From Vicugna vicugna (lineage: Eukaryota): 64,000 bases of DNA. The notes under the pieces were generated by a model. That model saw nothing but the letters and a program-made list of their open reading frames with translations. It had not been told where the DNA came from and made no database searches. The stretch's first letter is position 1. Each line of letters begins with the position of its first letter. This document shows, piece after piece, positions 49,878-61,790 of the stretch. Made by a program: the position numbers and the translations under genes. The stretch spans positions 124,001 to 188,000 of the forward strand of contig MU058065.1 in the NCBI GenBank assembly GCA_013265495.1, given 5' to 3'.

Positions 49878-52800
49878 CTAGAGACTGTTGATCTTTTCTT
49901 CTCCCCCTCCCCCCACTTCTCTAAGCTTCCTCTTCTGTTGCCACCATTTTTTCCCCCATGCACACGTTAGGATATTTCATTTCCTGCATTGTCTCAAGAA
50001 AGATGCAAGACAAGTGAGTACTTGTCTTTAATTTCTAGCCAGAAATTAAAATTCCAGAAAGTTTTTTTTTTTTTTATCATGCCCAGGGCTGCATGTCACT
50101 TTCCTTAAGACTCTTTACTCCTGTTTTTTGAGAACATCCAGTTTTACATTATTTAACTGAGTGGAATTTGGTCCATTTGCCCTGGTGGCTACTGGCCTGT
50201 TGCTGATTAGTTAATAAAACCCAGTGTGCAGAGAGCACATCAAAGCATCATGACCTGCCATTGAAACACGCAGCCAGCGGTGAAAATACTCACCCTTTTC
50301 TGGTTTGGAGAGCCCACACATCTTGGAATTTTTCCTTGTGAAAAAGAAATGGCAAGGAAGGTACTTAAAGAAATTGCCTACGGAGTTTTTCATTTTTTTA
50401 ACCAGGAAACTTCCTAAAGCTTAAGTGAATTAATGCTAAGATTGGGCTCCCTCGGAGTCTGGGTAAACTCTCCATCTGGAATTCCCAGCCCTGCCGTTGC
50501 AAGGAGGGACATCTTATTGCCCTGAAGGCTGCAGTTCCCGGGTGGGGGCGGGGCCCCCAGGAAGCGGCCAGGGTTGGGGGCCATTGCAATGGCTGCTGCC
50601 CCTCACCAACTAGCGGGGGACCCTGTTCCACAATCCAGGGCGTGGAGCCTAGCAGAACCCCTCCCACTGCTGAGGCCTGTGTTACTGTTAATTCAGCTGG
50701 ATGGCATGTACCTCACAGTGTTCATTGTTGCAGATCCTAGTCATCTGCATGCTCATCAGTTTCTAAAGATAAATAGGTCCGTAGTCATAAGAATGCATTG
50801 TTTTCAAGGAACTTGCTGAATTACATCATTTCCTATCAAGAGAGAACACTACCAATTTAAAAAATCTGATAGGAAAGTGTTTTTTTTTCACTCTTTTATA
50901 AAAAAAGACTTTCTTAGTCAAACTAACTTTCATTTTTCAAGTATTCTGACTCATACTCTTGCTTGTGGAGCAAGAGAACAAGCTGTCCTGCTCTCTTCCG
51001 TTGAGGACATAAGTGGTTAGCGAGAAATCAATGAGCAGAATCCGCCCCAATCATTTTCCTGCAAAGGTGGTTATTACTTCTCTAGGAACCTAAGCCTTGA
51101 ATATGTATGACCAAGATACCTCTGCATGTGGCATTATCAGCCTATTTTGGGTGAGAACAAGAAATGAACCAGACTGGAAAAAGCATCTCTTGGTTTCTGT
51201 TTCTCTGATGCTTTGTTGAAGTCAAATAGCATTAAGGTAGAAATTCTTATTTAAGCTGCTTCTAGTGGTCCCTGAGCTGGGTTTGGGGGTGGTCTCAAAC
51301 TTCACCCCTTTTTAAAACTGGAAGTTGCTGGTATTTAAGGCAGAAACTTGTGCTCTGTCTACATGAGGGGTGGACCCGGAGCAAGGGGTGGACACAGCTG
51401 CTAAGCTCTTGTATTCGGTTCCTCTTAAGGACACTTGCCTTTTATCCATTTCAAAGCATTTGTGGGCCAGCCAAGGGCTTACTTTAATGGGCCTTCTGGT
51501 GGCCTCTGGTTAACCTATAAGTTAGTGGCTTTTTCTTCATGAGACCAGCCATTCACAGTGTTCCTTCTAAGAGACTTAGGCAGAGTTTTAAAATTCTCCT
51601 TTGTGGAGAGAACAAATATGTTTCACCACTTTGATGATAATCTTCATTCTGAGTGAAAAAAAAGTCCCAGAACCAGCTAAAATGGAAGAGAATCCATTAA
51701 TGATCAACCACCTGAGTCAATAATGACAGTTCAGTACTGATGATACATTTGTGGCTATTTCTTGCTAACTTTCAAAGGTCAGGGACTCTCTTGACTAATC
51801 TAGGTTGACTGCAAAATTGAATTTTCCAAAAATCATCTAGCCAGAAGTAGAGATTTTTAACTTTCCTTTCCCTACCTCTTGTCTCCTCGCTGTCTTTTAA
51901 ATCTGAGACATTTAAAGTACTAAGCAATGTTACGATACTGTAAGAAATAGTAATGAACAATGCTGAAGCCCTGTTTTGTCCCACCTTGCATCCTGAACAC
52001 AGTATGCTGTGTACTGGACAACTTACTTACTGCAGGTAGTTTCAAAATGGGAGAGGGGAGCCCATCGTCCACTGACGACAAGCAGGGAAAGTGGGGATCA
52101 TGTGTAGTGTTCGACTACTTTGGCAGAGGTCTGTAGGTCAGCCCATCACACAAGGAGGCGCTGAAAGCAGAAACACTGGGAAATAAGACCTTGACTGGGG
52201 AGAGACAGGACCCTCTGGAAGGCATGGGAAGGAGCCAGATATGGACTCTCCTTTGCAATGACTTGACGGGGGAGTGGGTGTTCCTGGGGCCTCATTATGT
52301 TAGTTGGAGGTAATGCTGCATTCGTATAGGATATTGGGAAATTTGAGAACAAGAAGCATGCACTTCCAGGGATGTGAGGAAATAAGACCTCGCCAATAAT
52401 AAGAGAAAGACGGCCGCTCAGTGAGCTTAGTCATGGAGGGCAAATACAGCCTTGTGATCAGCAGAACACAGGGGTTAAGCACTGGTGCCTTTGGTCCCTT
52501 CAAAGACAAGCCTGAGAAGATAGTGGGGGTCCTTCGGTAGCCCTGCAGATCAGTCCCCTAAGGGTGCAGAGGCAAGGTGTGAGTCAGAAGGCATGTTGAG
52601 TTCCTTCCCTGCTTGTAACCAGAGCATCAAATCAGGCACTGGGAGGACATGGAGGGATACTGGAGGTGTCTGACTCTAATGAAGTCTAATCAGTAATCAA
52701 GAGCTTAGAATTATCTAATACGATTAGAAAAACATACAGCGTAGCTGGAGAGTCATCTTCCTTTTCCTCATCCGTCAATGACATGGCTCTGTGATGTCCA

Positions 52801-53574
52801 CACCAAGTCATCTGGTGTTGTAGACTTTTGCTATTTACCTGGCGTTTCAATCTCGTTGTCTTCATTGTAAATTTCCCCAGTGTTAACCAATACACCACTT
52901 GCTGGGACGAATTCGGGAAACAGGAAAACTTCTCTGTATGTGTATAGACATCCTTAGTGCTGGGTTTTTTGTTTTTCTTTCTTTCTTTTCTTTTCTTTTC
53001 TTTTTTAGAACTTTGCTGTTCGGCTTAAGAATGTAGTTCCTGGAACAATTTTTCTTACAAAGTTCTTTCCTTACACCTCTTGGCTGCAGGGTGGGCCAAA
53101 TTAAATACATATCTTTTTTTTTTTTTCATTTAACATCTGTGCAGTTTGGTTTATCATCTTAAGATGGTGGTGCTGTTTATGGTGCTACTTCATCTGTGTT
53201 CAAAAGGACCAATGCATGGTCTATATTGCTACCAAAACATTTATTGTATATATGTGTATAACATATGTATTATGTATATATGTAATGGGTACCAGGCCAG
53301 GTATATATTTTTATTTAGATCCACTTTTTCCAAGTTTTCTTTATAGTGTTATGCTTATTTTCAGTTTTTTTCTCCCCCCCTTGATTCTGTCTGGTACTTA
53401 GATCTGTAGTGTCTTCATCGTTAATTAAAGAAAACTGTCTAAATGAATTCACGGATGTGAATGCTAGTGCTCCTTCATGGATTTGCTTATGGGACATGAA
53501 CCAGAAACTGCTGATAAAAGTTTTCGGGGGCATTTGATTGGGTGAGAGCAGTGTAACACCTTGTAACGTACTTT

Positions 53575-53580
53575 AATAAA
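53575..53580 (+). terminator. IRS1: Distal polyadenylation signal AATAAA
   Basis: AATAAA preceded by two TGTA (CFIm) motifs at 53552 and 53562. The implied exon length fits the long IRS1 UTR. Confidence 0.7.
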
Positions 53581-53871
53581 CAGTTTTGCAACAGATAGGT
53601 TTGCCTGAACCCTGTCCCTCTTCACTTGGCTTTCAGTGGCCAAGAGTATAAAGAAAAAGACCTGAAAAGATTCTGAGTTGCTTTTGGTGGTGGTGGTGTG
53701 ATGGGAAGAGGGAAAGGGGAACGAAAATCCATCCTTCCCAGGGGCAGAGAGATGTGTTCTGCTGGGAGACACCAGGACCGCCTTATTAACCTCCAGTCTG
53801 CAGACCGATGCCCCAAGCACTTGTCCTGATGCAGATTGTCACTGAGGGGTCTGGGGATGGGGCCTGAGATG

Positions 53872-54032
53872 GGTAGCATCATCTGGGTAGCTTTCAGAAA
53901 AACATCTATGGTCAGGCCAACTCCAGAGATGCTGACTTACTTGGTCTGGGGTGGGGTCCAGGCTTCGGTGCTGCTGCTGCTTTCTGAGTTCTCCAGGAGA
54001 CTCCAATTCATGCTCAGAGCTGAGAACCACTG
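53872..54032. mobile_element. MER5-family DNA transposon
   Basis: CCAGAGATGCTGAC...GGTCTGGGGTGGGGTCCAGG...TGAGAACCACTG. Confidence 0.7.
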
Positions 54033-55449
54033 CAGGGAAGTGTTGCCCAAACCTGTCTGATGATGAGAGGCAAGCGTTAGAAACGCCGATTCCACACGTG
54101 TTTCAACAGGTGACGCGTGTGGTTGGCAAGAATGGGAAATCTTGATTTCTGAACAAGTGAAGCCTTTTGGATCGTCTCACCACTAGAAGGGATAGAAAGA
54201 ACACCAGTGACTTTTGAAAATAATAAAACCATGCTGCCGGTGTAGAAACAGCCAACTAGCCTACTCCTCCCCGGTCGAGCTTTCTTGCTTAAACAGTTTA
54301 AACAGATGACTGATGTGTCTTGTGTTGTTAGGGTGGACTCAAATTATTAAATGTTTTGGAAACAGATTCAAGATTACTTTTTTAATTAATTAATTTATTT
54401 TAATGAGCATGATGTCCTACTGAGAGTAAAAAGACTTGAATTTTCTGTCTTTTCTCTCCTTGTTTGGCACAGCAGGCCAGAGAAGTCTTCCTTCTGCCTG
54501 GCCTTGTAAGTGGTATTTTTATTGTTAAGAAACAACACATGACATGATTGAATAAATGCTTAAAGTCATTATTTCATCTTCACTTTATATTAGCTTCCTC
54601 CATTTATTCTTAAAAAAAAAAACTGATTTTTTTCCCTCCCAGTGGTATTGCAAAGCAAACATCCCTCTACCCGCTATTGAAATTGTAAGTAAACATCATT
54701 AATTAGTATTAATTTGAAGGAAGTCTAGTTGAGGGAATTAATGGTGCAATTGATAGCATAATCATGCTATTACCTTAAGACATATACAGAAACGAACTAT
54801 AGCAGGTAAAATGCTGTCAATAAAATGCCTTTGAGAATTAAGTCAAGGAGAATTGTAATTACTCACTGATTTTGTTATAAACCATAGCAGTGTTGATTCT
54901 GCATTTGTTTAAAGTTAGCCATCAGGATTTACATCAGTTATCTCGTTTTTTCCTTCCCACAACCCAGCGGTGGATACGGTCATTATCCCCATTTCCCATC
55001 AGGCAAGCAGAAGAGAGGAAGGGTTTGACTACTGTCACGTGCTGCTGCGGGGTGGAGCAGCCTCTCAACCCTGGACTGCTTGATGGCAGTCTGTATTCTC
55101 ATTGACGCCATTGCAAGTCTCTGGTTTCCGAATCCTTAACAAAAAAATTAATTTCAGTACATTAAAAATACTGTCACTCCAGCGGCCTTGTGTGACTTTT
55201 ACTGAGCAAATATGATCTCACATGAGCCCGAGAGGAAAGCTCTGTCCAACTTACAACTTTCACCCAACAAAGTAACAAGCCCTTAGCACATTCATTTCCA
55301 TTCTTTGTGTCTAGCTGAGTTCATTTGTGTCAAAAATCTTTTTCCAATTCCCTGTTTCCTCAAGAAGTTCCCCCCTTTTCAGCAACAGAATACAGACACT
55401 CAGCTGTGTTTTAGGAACGCACCAGGGCAGTAGGTGAAATGTGAAAGCC

Positions 55450-55472
55450 ACACACACACACACACACACACA
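55450..55472. repeat. (CA)n microsatellite
   Basis: Direct reading. Confidence 0.95.
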
Positions 55473-56001
55473 AATTCCAAACGCCTGTGTTTTTACACGT
55501 CAAGTTTTACATGTCACATCCTGTCAACCTTTTAAATCAGAACTCCTTACATTCAGTGATTAGATAAATGATCAAGACTGGCCATAGAAAAAAAGTAGGG
55601 TCATCCGAAGTGGGGAGAGTCCTGACCTGAAGTGAGGGAATGAAGTCCCTCCACCTGGCTAGAACCATAGTAAACAATGTACCAGGCATTTGTAACGTAT
55701 GTTAGTAACAGTGTTGCAGCCTTGTTTTCCGAAGTTCATTTTATTTGGATCAGTTCAATGTATTGCACTAATTGTGTTAGGTCTTCTCATTACATGAAAT
55801 CTACCATGTGTCAGAGATGATCCAATCAGTTTCGGTGTCGAACTGCTTTAGCAGAACGCATACATTCACAGTCATTCAGAATTAGGAAGGAGAACAGCCC
55901 ACCAGAGTTTAATTTTATATTGAGATGCTCAGGTTGGAATAAAGCAGTATAAAAAGGAAAAAACAAAAAAACCAAAACCCTCCTCAGACTCTCAAATACC
56001 C

Positions 56002-56506
56002 TGCAGGGGAGAAAAAGGGTTTTTCTTCACTCTCTTAAGATCCCTGGTAGGGTCTGAATTTTAAACTGACAAAGACAAAGTACCAAGGGAAAAGCATACA
56101 ACTTTACACCTCCGAAGTTTTACATGACATGGGAGACTGCCTAAGGAAACCAAGATCTGAAGAAATAGCTTGCTGAGAATTTTCGTTCAAGGTTTGATGA
56201 GGAATGGACCCACGAGGAGGAATATGAGAGGTTAAGGAGTTTGAGGTTAGCGTCCCAAAAGGGGAAACTTAGCAAGGCCTGTTTGTTTGCATTCTTCTTG
56301 GCGTCTCCTTGTCTTCGGAGATAAGGATGCTCCTTCCCTCTGGGTGTAGGGAGGGCATCTCTCACATGAGGGTTTTATGACCTGTTTCAGGGGAGACGAG
56401 CAGGAGAAGGTCACAGTGACCTTCCTGCTTCTGCTGTTTTTGCAAGCTCCTTCAGCTGAAAATACTCAGGGTGCAAAGGGCTGTATTTGGGGGTGTCAGG
56501 TCCTGG
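56002..56506 (-). mobile_element. ERV1-class solo LTR (subfamily uncertain)
   Basis: Motifs AGTTTTACATGACATGGGAG, GATAAGGATGCTCCTT, GAGGGTTTTATGACCTG and CCTTCAGCTGAAAATA...TATTTGGGGGT resemble eutherian ERV1 LTRs in reverse. Confidence 0.65.
56408..56422. promoter_or_regulatory. Perfect consensus estrogen response element AGGTCAcagTGACCT
   Basis: Exact IR3 palindrome; the arms extend to 8 bp (GAAGGTCA cag TGACCTTC, 56406-56424). Function untested. Confidence 0.6.
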
Positions 56507-56638
56507 CAGTGTTTCTCAAAGCCTGGACTTTACACTACCTGTACAGAATTTCCTGAAGGGCTTATAACACAGAGATTTGAACAGGAGCCTCAGGAAACTG
56601 CATTAGTAACAAGTTATTTCCTCCAAACACACACACAA

Positions 56639-56670
56639 GCACACGCACACGCACACGCACACGCACACGC
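56639..56670. repeat. (GCACAC)n simple repeat
   Basis: Direct reading. Confidence 0.9.
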
Positions 56671-57220
56671 TCCTCTCCAGGGCTGTTCTACACCCTGACC
56701 TTGGTGGGGTGTGTTATTGGCAGTCTCTTGGCAGCATGCTTTCTGCTCCCTTCCCTCTGTTAAGTTGTTCCAAATCTCAAGCACCACAACCCCTAACTGT
56801 AAATATGAGAGAAGTGATGATTGCTGGATTTCCTCACAGCTTCTGAAAAAAAAAATCTACAAAGTAGGAATTAATAAAATTAGTCTAAACTTATGTAGGA
56901 AATAACACAAAAAGAAGAGAACTGGTTAAATTTGCGCATACAGTACATGTAGCATTTTCCTGATTCTGTGAAGCAAAAGCCCAAACAAGACAACATAAAA
57001 TATCTCAAAGTATAAAAAAGTGGTGCGTCTGATGGCATTAGGGATGGTTTTTATTTTATCTTTTCTACTTTTCTGTAAGTTTTGACAATGATTGTGTCTC
57101 ATTTTCAGAATGAGAAAGGAAGCAAAAAAACAGTTTTAGATGAAAATCTTAGATGAGAATCTTAGCGAATCCCCGTAGGTTGGTGTTAGCCCACATCACA
57201 CCACTCCATGATCAGTGCAT

Positions 57221-57425
57221 CAGGGGCCAGCCAGCTAAGGCCTGAGAGCCAAGTGCAGCCTGTTTTTTGTAAATAAAGTTTTATTGGAACATAGCTGTGC
57301 TCATTCATTTACATATTGCCTATGGCACTACAAGAGTAGAGTTGAGTCATTGTGACCAAGACCAAATGGCCCCAAAAGTAATGTACTTACTACCTGATCC
57401 TTTATGAAAATGTTTGCCCGGTCCT
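57221..57425. mobile_element. MER58A-like hAT DNA transposon
   Basis: CAGGGG...TTTTGTAAATAAAGTTTTATTGGAACATAGC...CATTCATTTACATATTG...GAGTTGAGT. Confidence 0.85.
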
Positions 57426-58868
57426 ATGAGAGATGCTTTTCGAGAGAGAGAGAGTTGGGATGAGGCAAAGACCCTTGCCCCAGGCTTCCGAAATTCTCCT
57501 GGATCTGTTTCGGGAGCTTTCTGGAGCTCAGTGGTGTTGGATGGTTGATTACTCGCTCTAATCTCTACGGAGTTGATGGTTGAAGTGCTAAAAGGACTTC
57601 TTCAGTTTCATCTACAAACACTAAATGCAGTTAGGCATGGAGAGCTGAATCAGACTGAATCTAGGATGATACTTTTTCTTCTTGGTGCTTCAGTTTTTCT
57701 AGATGAACAGCCAAAAAAAAAAAAAAGGAAGGAAGAGAAAGAAAATGCGGGAGAGAGAGAGAGAAAGAGCAGAAATCATCAGTTAACAGTTTTCTTTTTC
57801 AAACAGAGGTTGGGTTTCCTCAAAAGCTTCCAGAGGAGGTTCAGAGTAGATTGTGGTCTCCAGAACAGTGGGACCTTGACCAACAGAGATAGTAAACAGA
57901 CATCTTTTCCGGTCTCTTTTTCCAACCAGCCATCAGCAGCAATGCTGAGAATGGAAACAGTGCCTGGAGCGTGAATTCTGGTCAGGAAGATAACACCTGA
58001 TAACCCATGAGACAAAATATTTGAGGCTAAAAAAAGATAAAATATTTGAGGATGGTTGATTCAAAAAAAGAACCCATTGTTATAAATTGTCATTAGATAG
58101 GAACACAATTCCTTGGTATTTTTAAATTATAAAGTTCCACTTTTTTTTTTCATTTATCGCACCTGTGAAATTACTGAGTAACTATCATATGCTATGATAC
58201 GGCCCAACAACCCAGTGCTTTCTCCTTTGGGGTGCCTGTATTTGGAGCCTGGAAATGATCTGGACTGCCTGTTTTATGGATAAGAACACTGGATTTCAGT
58301 TCTACCCTCATTTAATGTGACTTTATTTTAAAATCATATTTATACCAGGTTGATTAAAATGGATTTCAAAAGGGCTTTAATGGCCCCGCCTGGTGAGTTT
58401 TGGGGTATCTCATGGCCTGGTATGCAGCTGGTGCACAGACTGAGAAGTCCTGTCCTGGAGGGTTGCTGAAGTCGGCCTGGAGAGTCAGCTAGGTGGTGAG
58501 AGATGGACAGGGACAGTATTGAAATGGGACAGACATAAGGACCAGAAAACTGGAGTGAGGAAATCAGAGCGGCCAGGTGGGAAGGGCTCCCATAGCCAGC
58601 TTCCAAAGAGACCAGAAAGCATCACAGAATCACGAAGCATTACTGCTGGGCCGAATCCTTTATTCACCATCCGTTCTAATTCCTTATTCTTGGGTAAAGT
58701 CAAGAACCTAAGGTCCCCAGCCTCCTACTCATGAATTCAGAACTCCTGCAGGATCAAGTATGCTGAAAACCCAAGTAGCACCCACAGCGTTTGTCAGGCG
58801 TTCTACTGCATTCCTGTCGCTGGTCATAGATCAGGTCGAGTGCTCTCATCCCAGAGGTCTGTAGATGC

Positions 58869-58907
58869 TCCCTGTTGGTGTAGTGGTTAGGACTCGGGAC
58901 TCTCTCC
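58869..58907 (+). pseudogene. 5' half of tRNA-Glu(CTC), tailless retrocopy
   Basis: TCCCTGTTGGTGTAGTGGTTAGGACTCGGGACTCTCTCC matches 33/39 nt of recalled tRNA-Glu-CTC positions 1-39. It stops just after the anticodon and has a degenerate TSD. Confidence 0.7.
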
Positions 58908-60281
58908 CAAGGTTTTGTAGGTGTCACACATAACACCATTCTGTGGAGTAAAATAAACTAGGGTCTAGAAAGGAGCTAATCTAAGCCTCACTCAGTGGGT
59001 AAGTGTGGAGCCGGGATTCCAACTCAGTCCCATCTAACTCCAGAGTTTTCCTCCTAGAGTTGCAGTAATTGAAAGACATGGAAACTGGGGGAAAAAAATG
59101 TTCTTTGAAATCCCAATATACATATATGACAGTGGGTGGTCAAGAAATATCATGTTGGAAAGTTCTCTCTCTTTTTTTTATATTGTATTTGTTTTTTGTT
59201 TGTTTGTTTCTTTTGTTTTAAACTGCTGGCATCCTTTATCTGATCTTCAGGTGCTCACAGAAAAATGGTAAATCTATTTAAAAATACTCTTTTGGCTTCC
59301 ACATATTCCCACTGATACTAATAGATGTTTAATAATGCAGCCATGTGGAAGGTTCTTGATTTGAAGTTCCATTACTGGCCACAGCCAGTACCCCTCCCCC
59401 ACTCCCACCTCTCAAGTCCAGCTTTCTTCTCTGTGCCTTTGGGGGCTTCTGGTTAAGTTGGGAATGAAAGCACTCCTTAGTGGTCTCTCATTAACCTCTC
59501 GAAGCTCAATTCCTAAAGAAGAGCTTTTTCTCATCAGGTTAAATCTAGTTTCCCATTTGCTTTTCACAGAAGATGGCATCCAGATACACACACACACACA
59601 CAGCCCTCCTCCTTCCCTGTCCCACCGTAAAATTCAAGGAGGAGAAGTTAATGATGCATCTAAAACAGCTAACTTGTTTTTTTACATCAGCAGCATGTTT
59701 CTGGCTTAAATTCAAACTGTTCATTTAATTTTATATACCCTTTCATCACCACCACATACCAACTATTCAGTTAGTGGGGTCTCATGCCCATACGTTAAAA
59801 AAAAAAAAAAGTAGATTTCTGAATCTGGCTTACGTCATCTGTTGAAAAATAAAACAAGCTTGGCTGAGCTAAACAAACGTCTTCCTGAACAGAGTAACCC
59901 TACTATTGGTGTTTGCTGAAATGTTTGACAGATGGGAGTCTGATGGGGGTATTTCTTTTAGTGACTGTGGAATACGTCAGTTCTCGTCTTCACTTTGCTA
60001 CTAGCTGAGTGACTTTGAGCAAAGTATGTCTTTCTGCTCTCTCCTTTGTTTATAAAATATGAGGGTTATCTGATCTTCACCTGGGGTTCAGAAATTTGTC
60101 AACACTCTGAACTCGAATGCAGTGTTTTTCCTGGGTATGGCTGTGTGCATTTTTTTATTTCTGGGGAGGAGAGGCTATGACTTCCAGTAGATCTGTTTAA
60201 GATTCAAAGTAGAGAGATGGCTTCTTCCTTTCTTTCCTTCTTTTTTTTAAGTTTGAATTTATTTTTGAGCTTTTCATTCTA

Positions 60282-60409
60282 TTTTTTTTTTTTGGAGGTG
60301 GGTAGGTAATTAGGTTTATTTATTTATTTTTAATGGTGATACTGGGGATTGGATCCAGGACCTTGTACATACTAAGCACACACTCTGCCATTGAGCTACA
60401 CCCTCCCCC
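60282..60409 (-). mobile_element. tRNA-Ala-derived camelid-type SINE (long-tail form)
   Basis: GTAATTAGGTTTATTTATTT...TAATGGTGATACTGGGGATTGGATCCAGGACC...TGAGCTACACCCTCCCC. Confidence 0.85.
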
Positions 60410-61599
60410 TAAGAGATTTCTCAGAATCATAGAATTTCATGAATTTTATGATTCTCTAGCAAATTTTATAGAATTAAGGACCGGCTTAGGGCAAAATATT
60501 AGGTCAGTAAAGTCTGTCCCTACTTCTTTCTCCCCTCAACTCTACACATGGGTTGAGGCTGGGTGTTCCCTCTTCACCACATATTTTCTTGGGACCCAGG
60601 GTCTTTCTGGAGTGGAGAAAACACATCTGATAAACTATTCTTTCCCCAAAAGGTACATGAAATTCATGTTTTGGCTCCCAGGGCATTTGGCTCAAGAAAG
60701 AAAATCTACCAGAAAGAGGAGGACACTTTAGCAAATGGGAACTCATTGCTGATAAGTGGGGTTTTCAGTATCCACATGGAGAGATAGTTAGTAGAAGTTG
60801 TTTAGTTTAGTTGGATCTATTTTCACAGATTATAGGCACTTATTGACGTGGAATATGGTGAGGTGGTCGCTTTTCCCTTTATGTGATGAAAATAAAACTT
60901 TACTTTGACAATGATGTAACACTTGGGTGTTTGCAGTCAAGAAACTTTATTTCTAGATTTTCTGAATAACTTTAATTCTGGATAAGTTCATCAAAGCTTA
61001 ATCTTTTCTCCTTTGTCTTCAGCGGGTGGGGTCCCTGCTTGGCTGTTGCTCTCAAGTCTTGCCTGGGATCAACACCCCTGTGTTCACAACTCTGAAGTCA
61101 TCTTTTGTAGGGTAACCACCTCCTCCACCTGGATGTGAAGTTGGCTCTGACCCGCCCTCTGATGAAACTTGCTTAATTGCTGGCAGAAAAAGAACTAACA
61201 CAGGAAAAAAATGAAAGAATTTCCTTCCGGCTGACAAACAACTCCTACCTGTTGCTACTAATGAGGAATCTATTTTCACTCTTCCGTGCCCCAGTGATGG
61301 AGCTGATTTCATGACACAAAGAAACCCTCAGCCAAAAATTTAAAAAAAGCACTTCTCTTTGGAGATGCTAAACTCAAAAGAGCTTCTCCAGGAAACTACA
61401 CAACAGTATTTCAGGGAAGAAGACTGTACCCACTGAGTGTGTTCCAACAACAACAAAAAATCATCAATTATCAAAGATTTTCACCAAAAATGACCCTGTG
61501 GTTGAAAACTGCCATTTAATTTTTCCTATGTGGCAGCGGAGCGATGAGTTTTCATTCTAGAAAAGGGCTATAGTGTTGGAATTACACTGTCCGGACCAA

Positions 61600-61790
61600 C
61601 CTGGAAATCCCATTCACTAGCCGGGAGACCGGGAGAAAATGTCTTAACTTCCCGGAGCTGGAGTCTCACCATCTGTAACGTGAGGAGGATGAGATGTGCT
61701 TTGCAGAGGTCTGGAGCGCATTCAAGCCCTCTCGCCATATGCAGAGCATTTAATAGCGCTTTGCCCATAGCTGGCACCCCATACACTGTC
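61600..61790 (+). mobile_element. MIR SINE (degenerate)
   Basis: CTTAACTTCCC...GTCTCACCATCTGTAACGTGAGGA...CTGGCAC. Confidence 0.55.

Larger units (their letters stand above)
48862..53600 (+). other. IRS1: IRS1 terminal exon (non-coding, 3' UTR), ~4.7 kb
   Basis: Starts AATGAAGACCTAAATGACCTCAGCAAATCC...CATGGGTACCCAGACTCTAAATATTTC, which I recognise from memory as the IRS1 3' UTR; resemblance continues to ...TTCATAATAAACTAG. AU-rich, dense in miRNA sites, and ends at AATAAA 53575. The 3' end is approximate. Confidence 0.9.

Noticed and set aside
52179..52390. 13-bp direct repeat GGAAATAAGACCT, 199 bp apart in the UTR
   Set aside because: No A tail or recognisable element between the copies, so it cannot be supported as a TSD.
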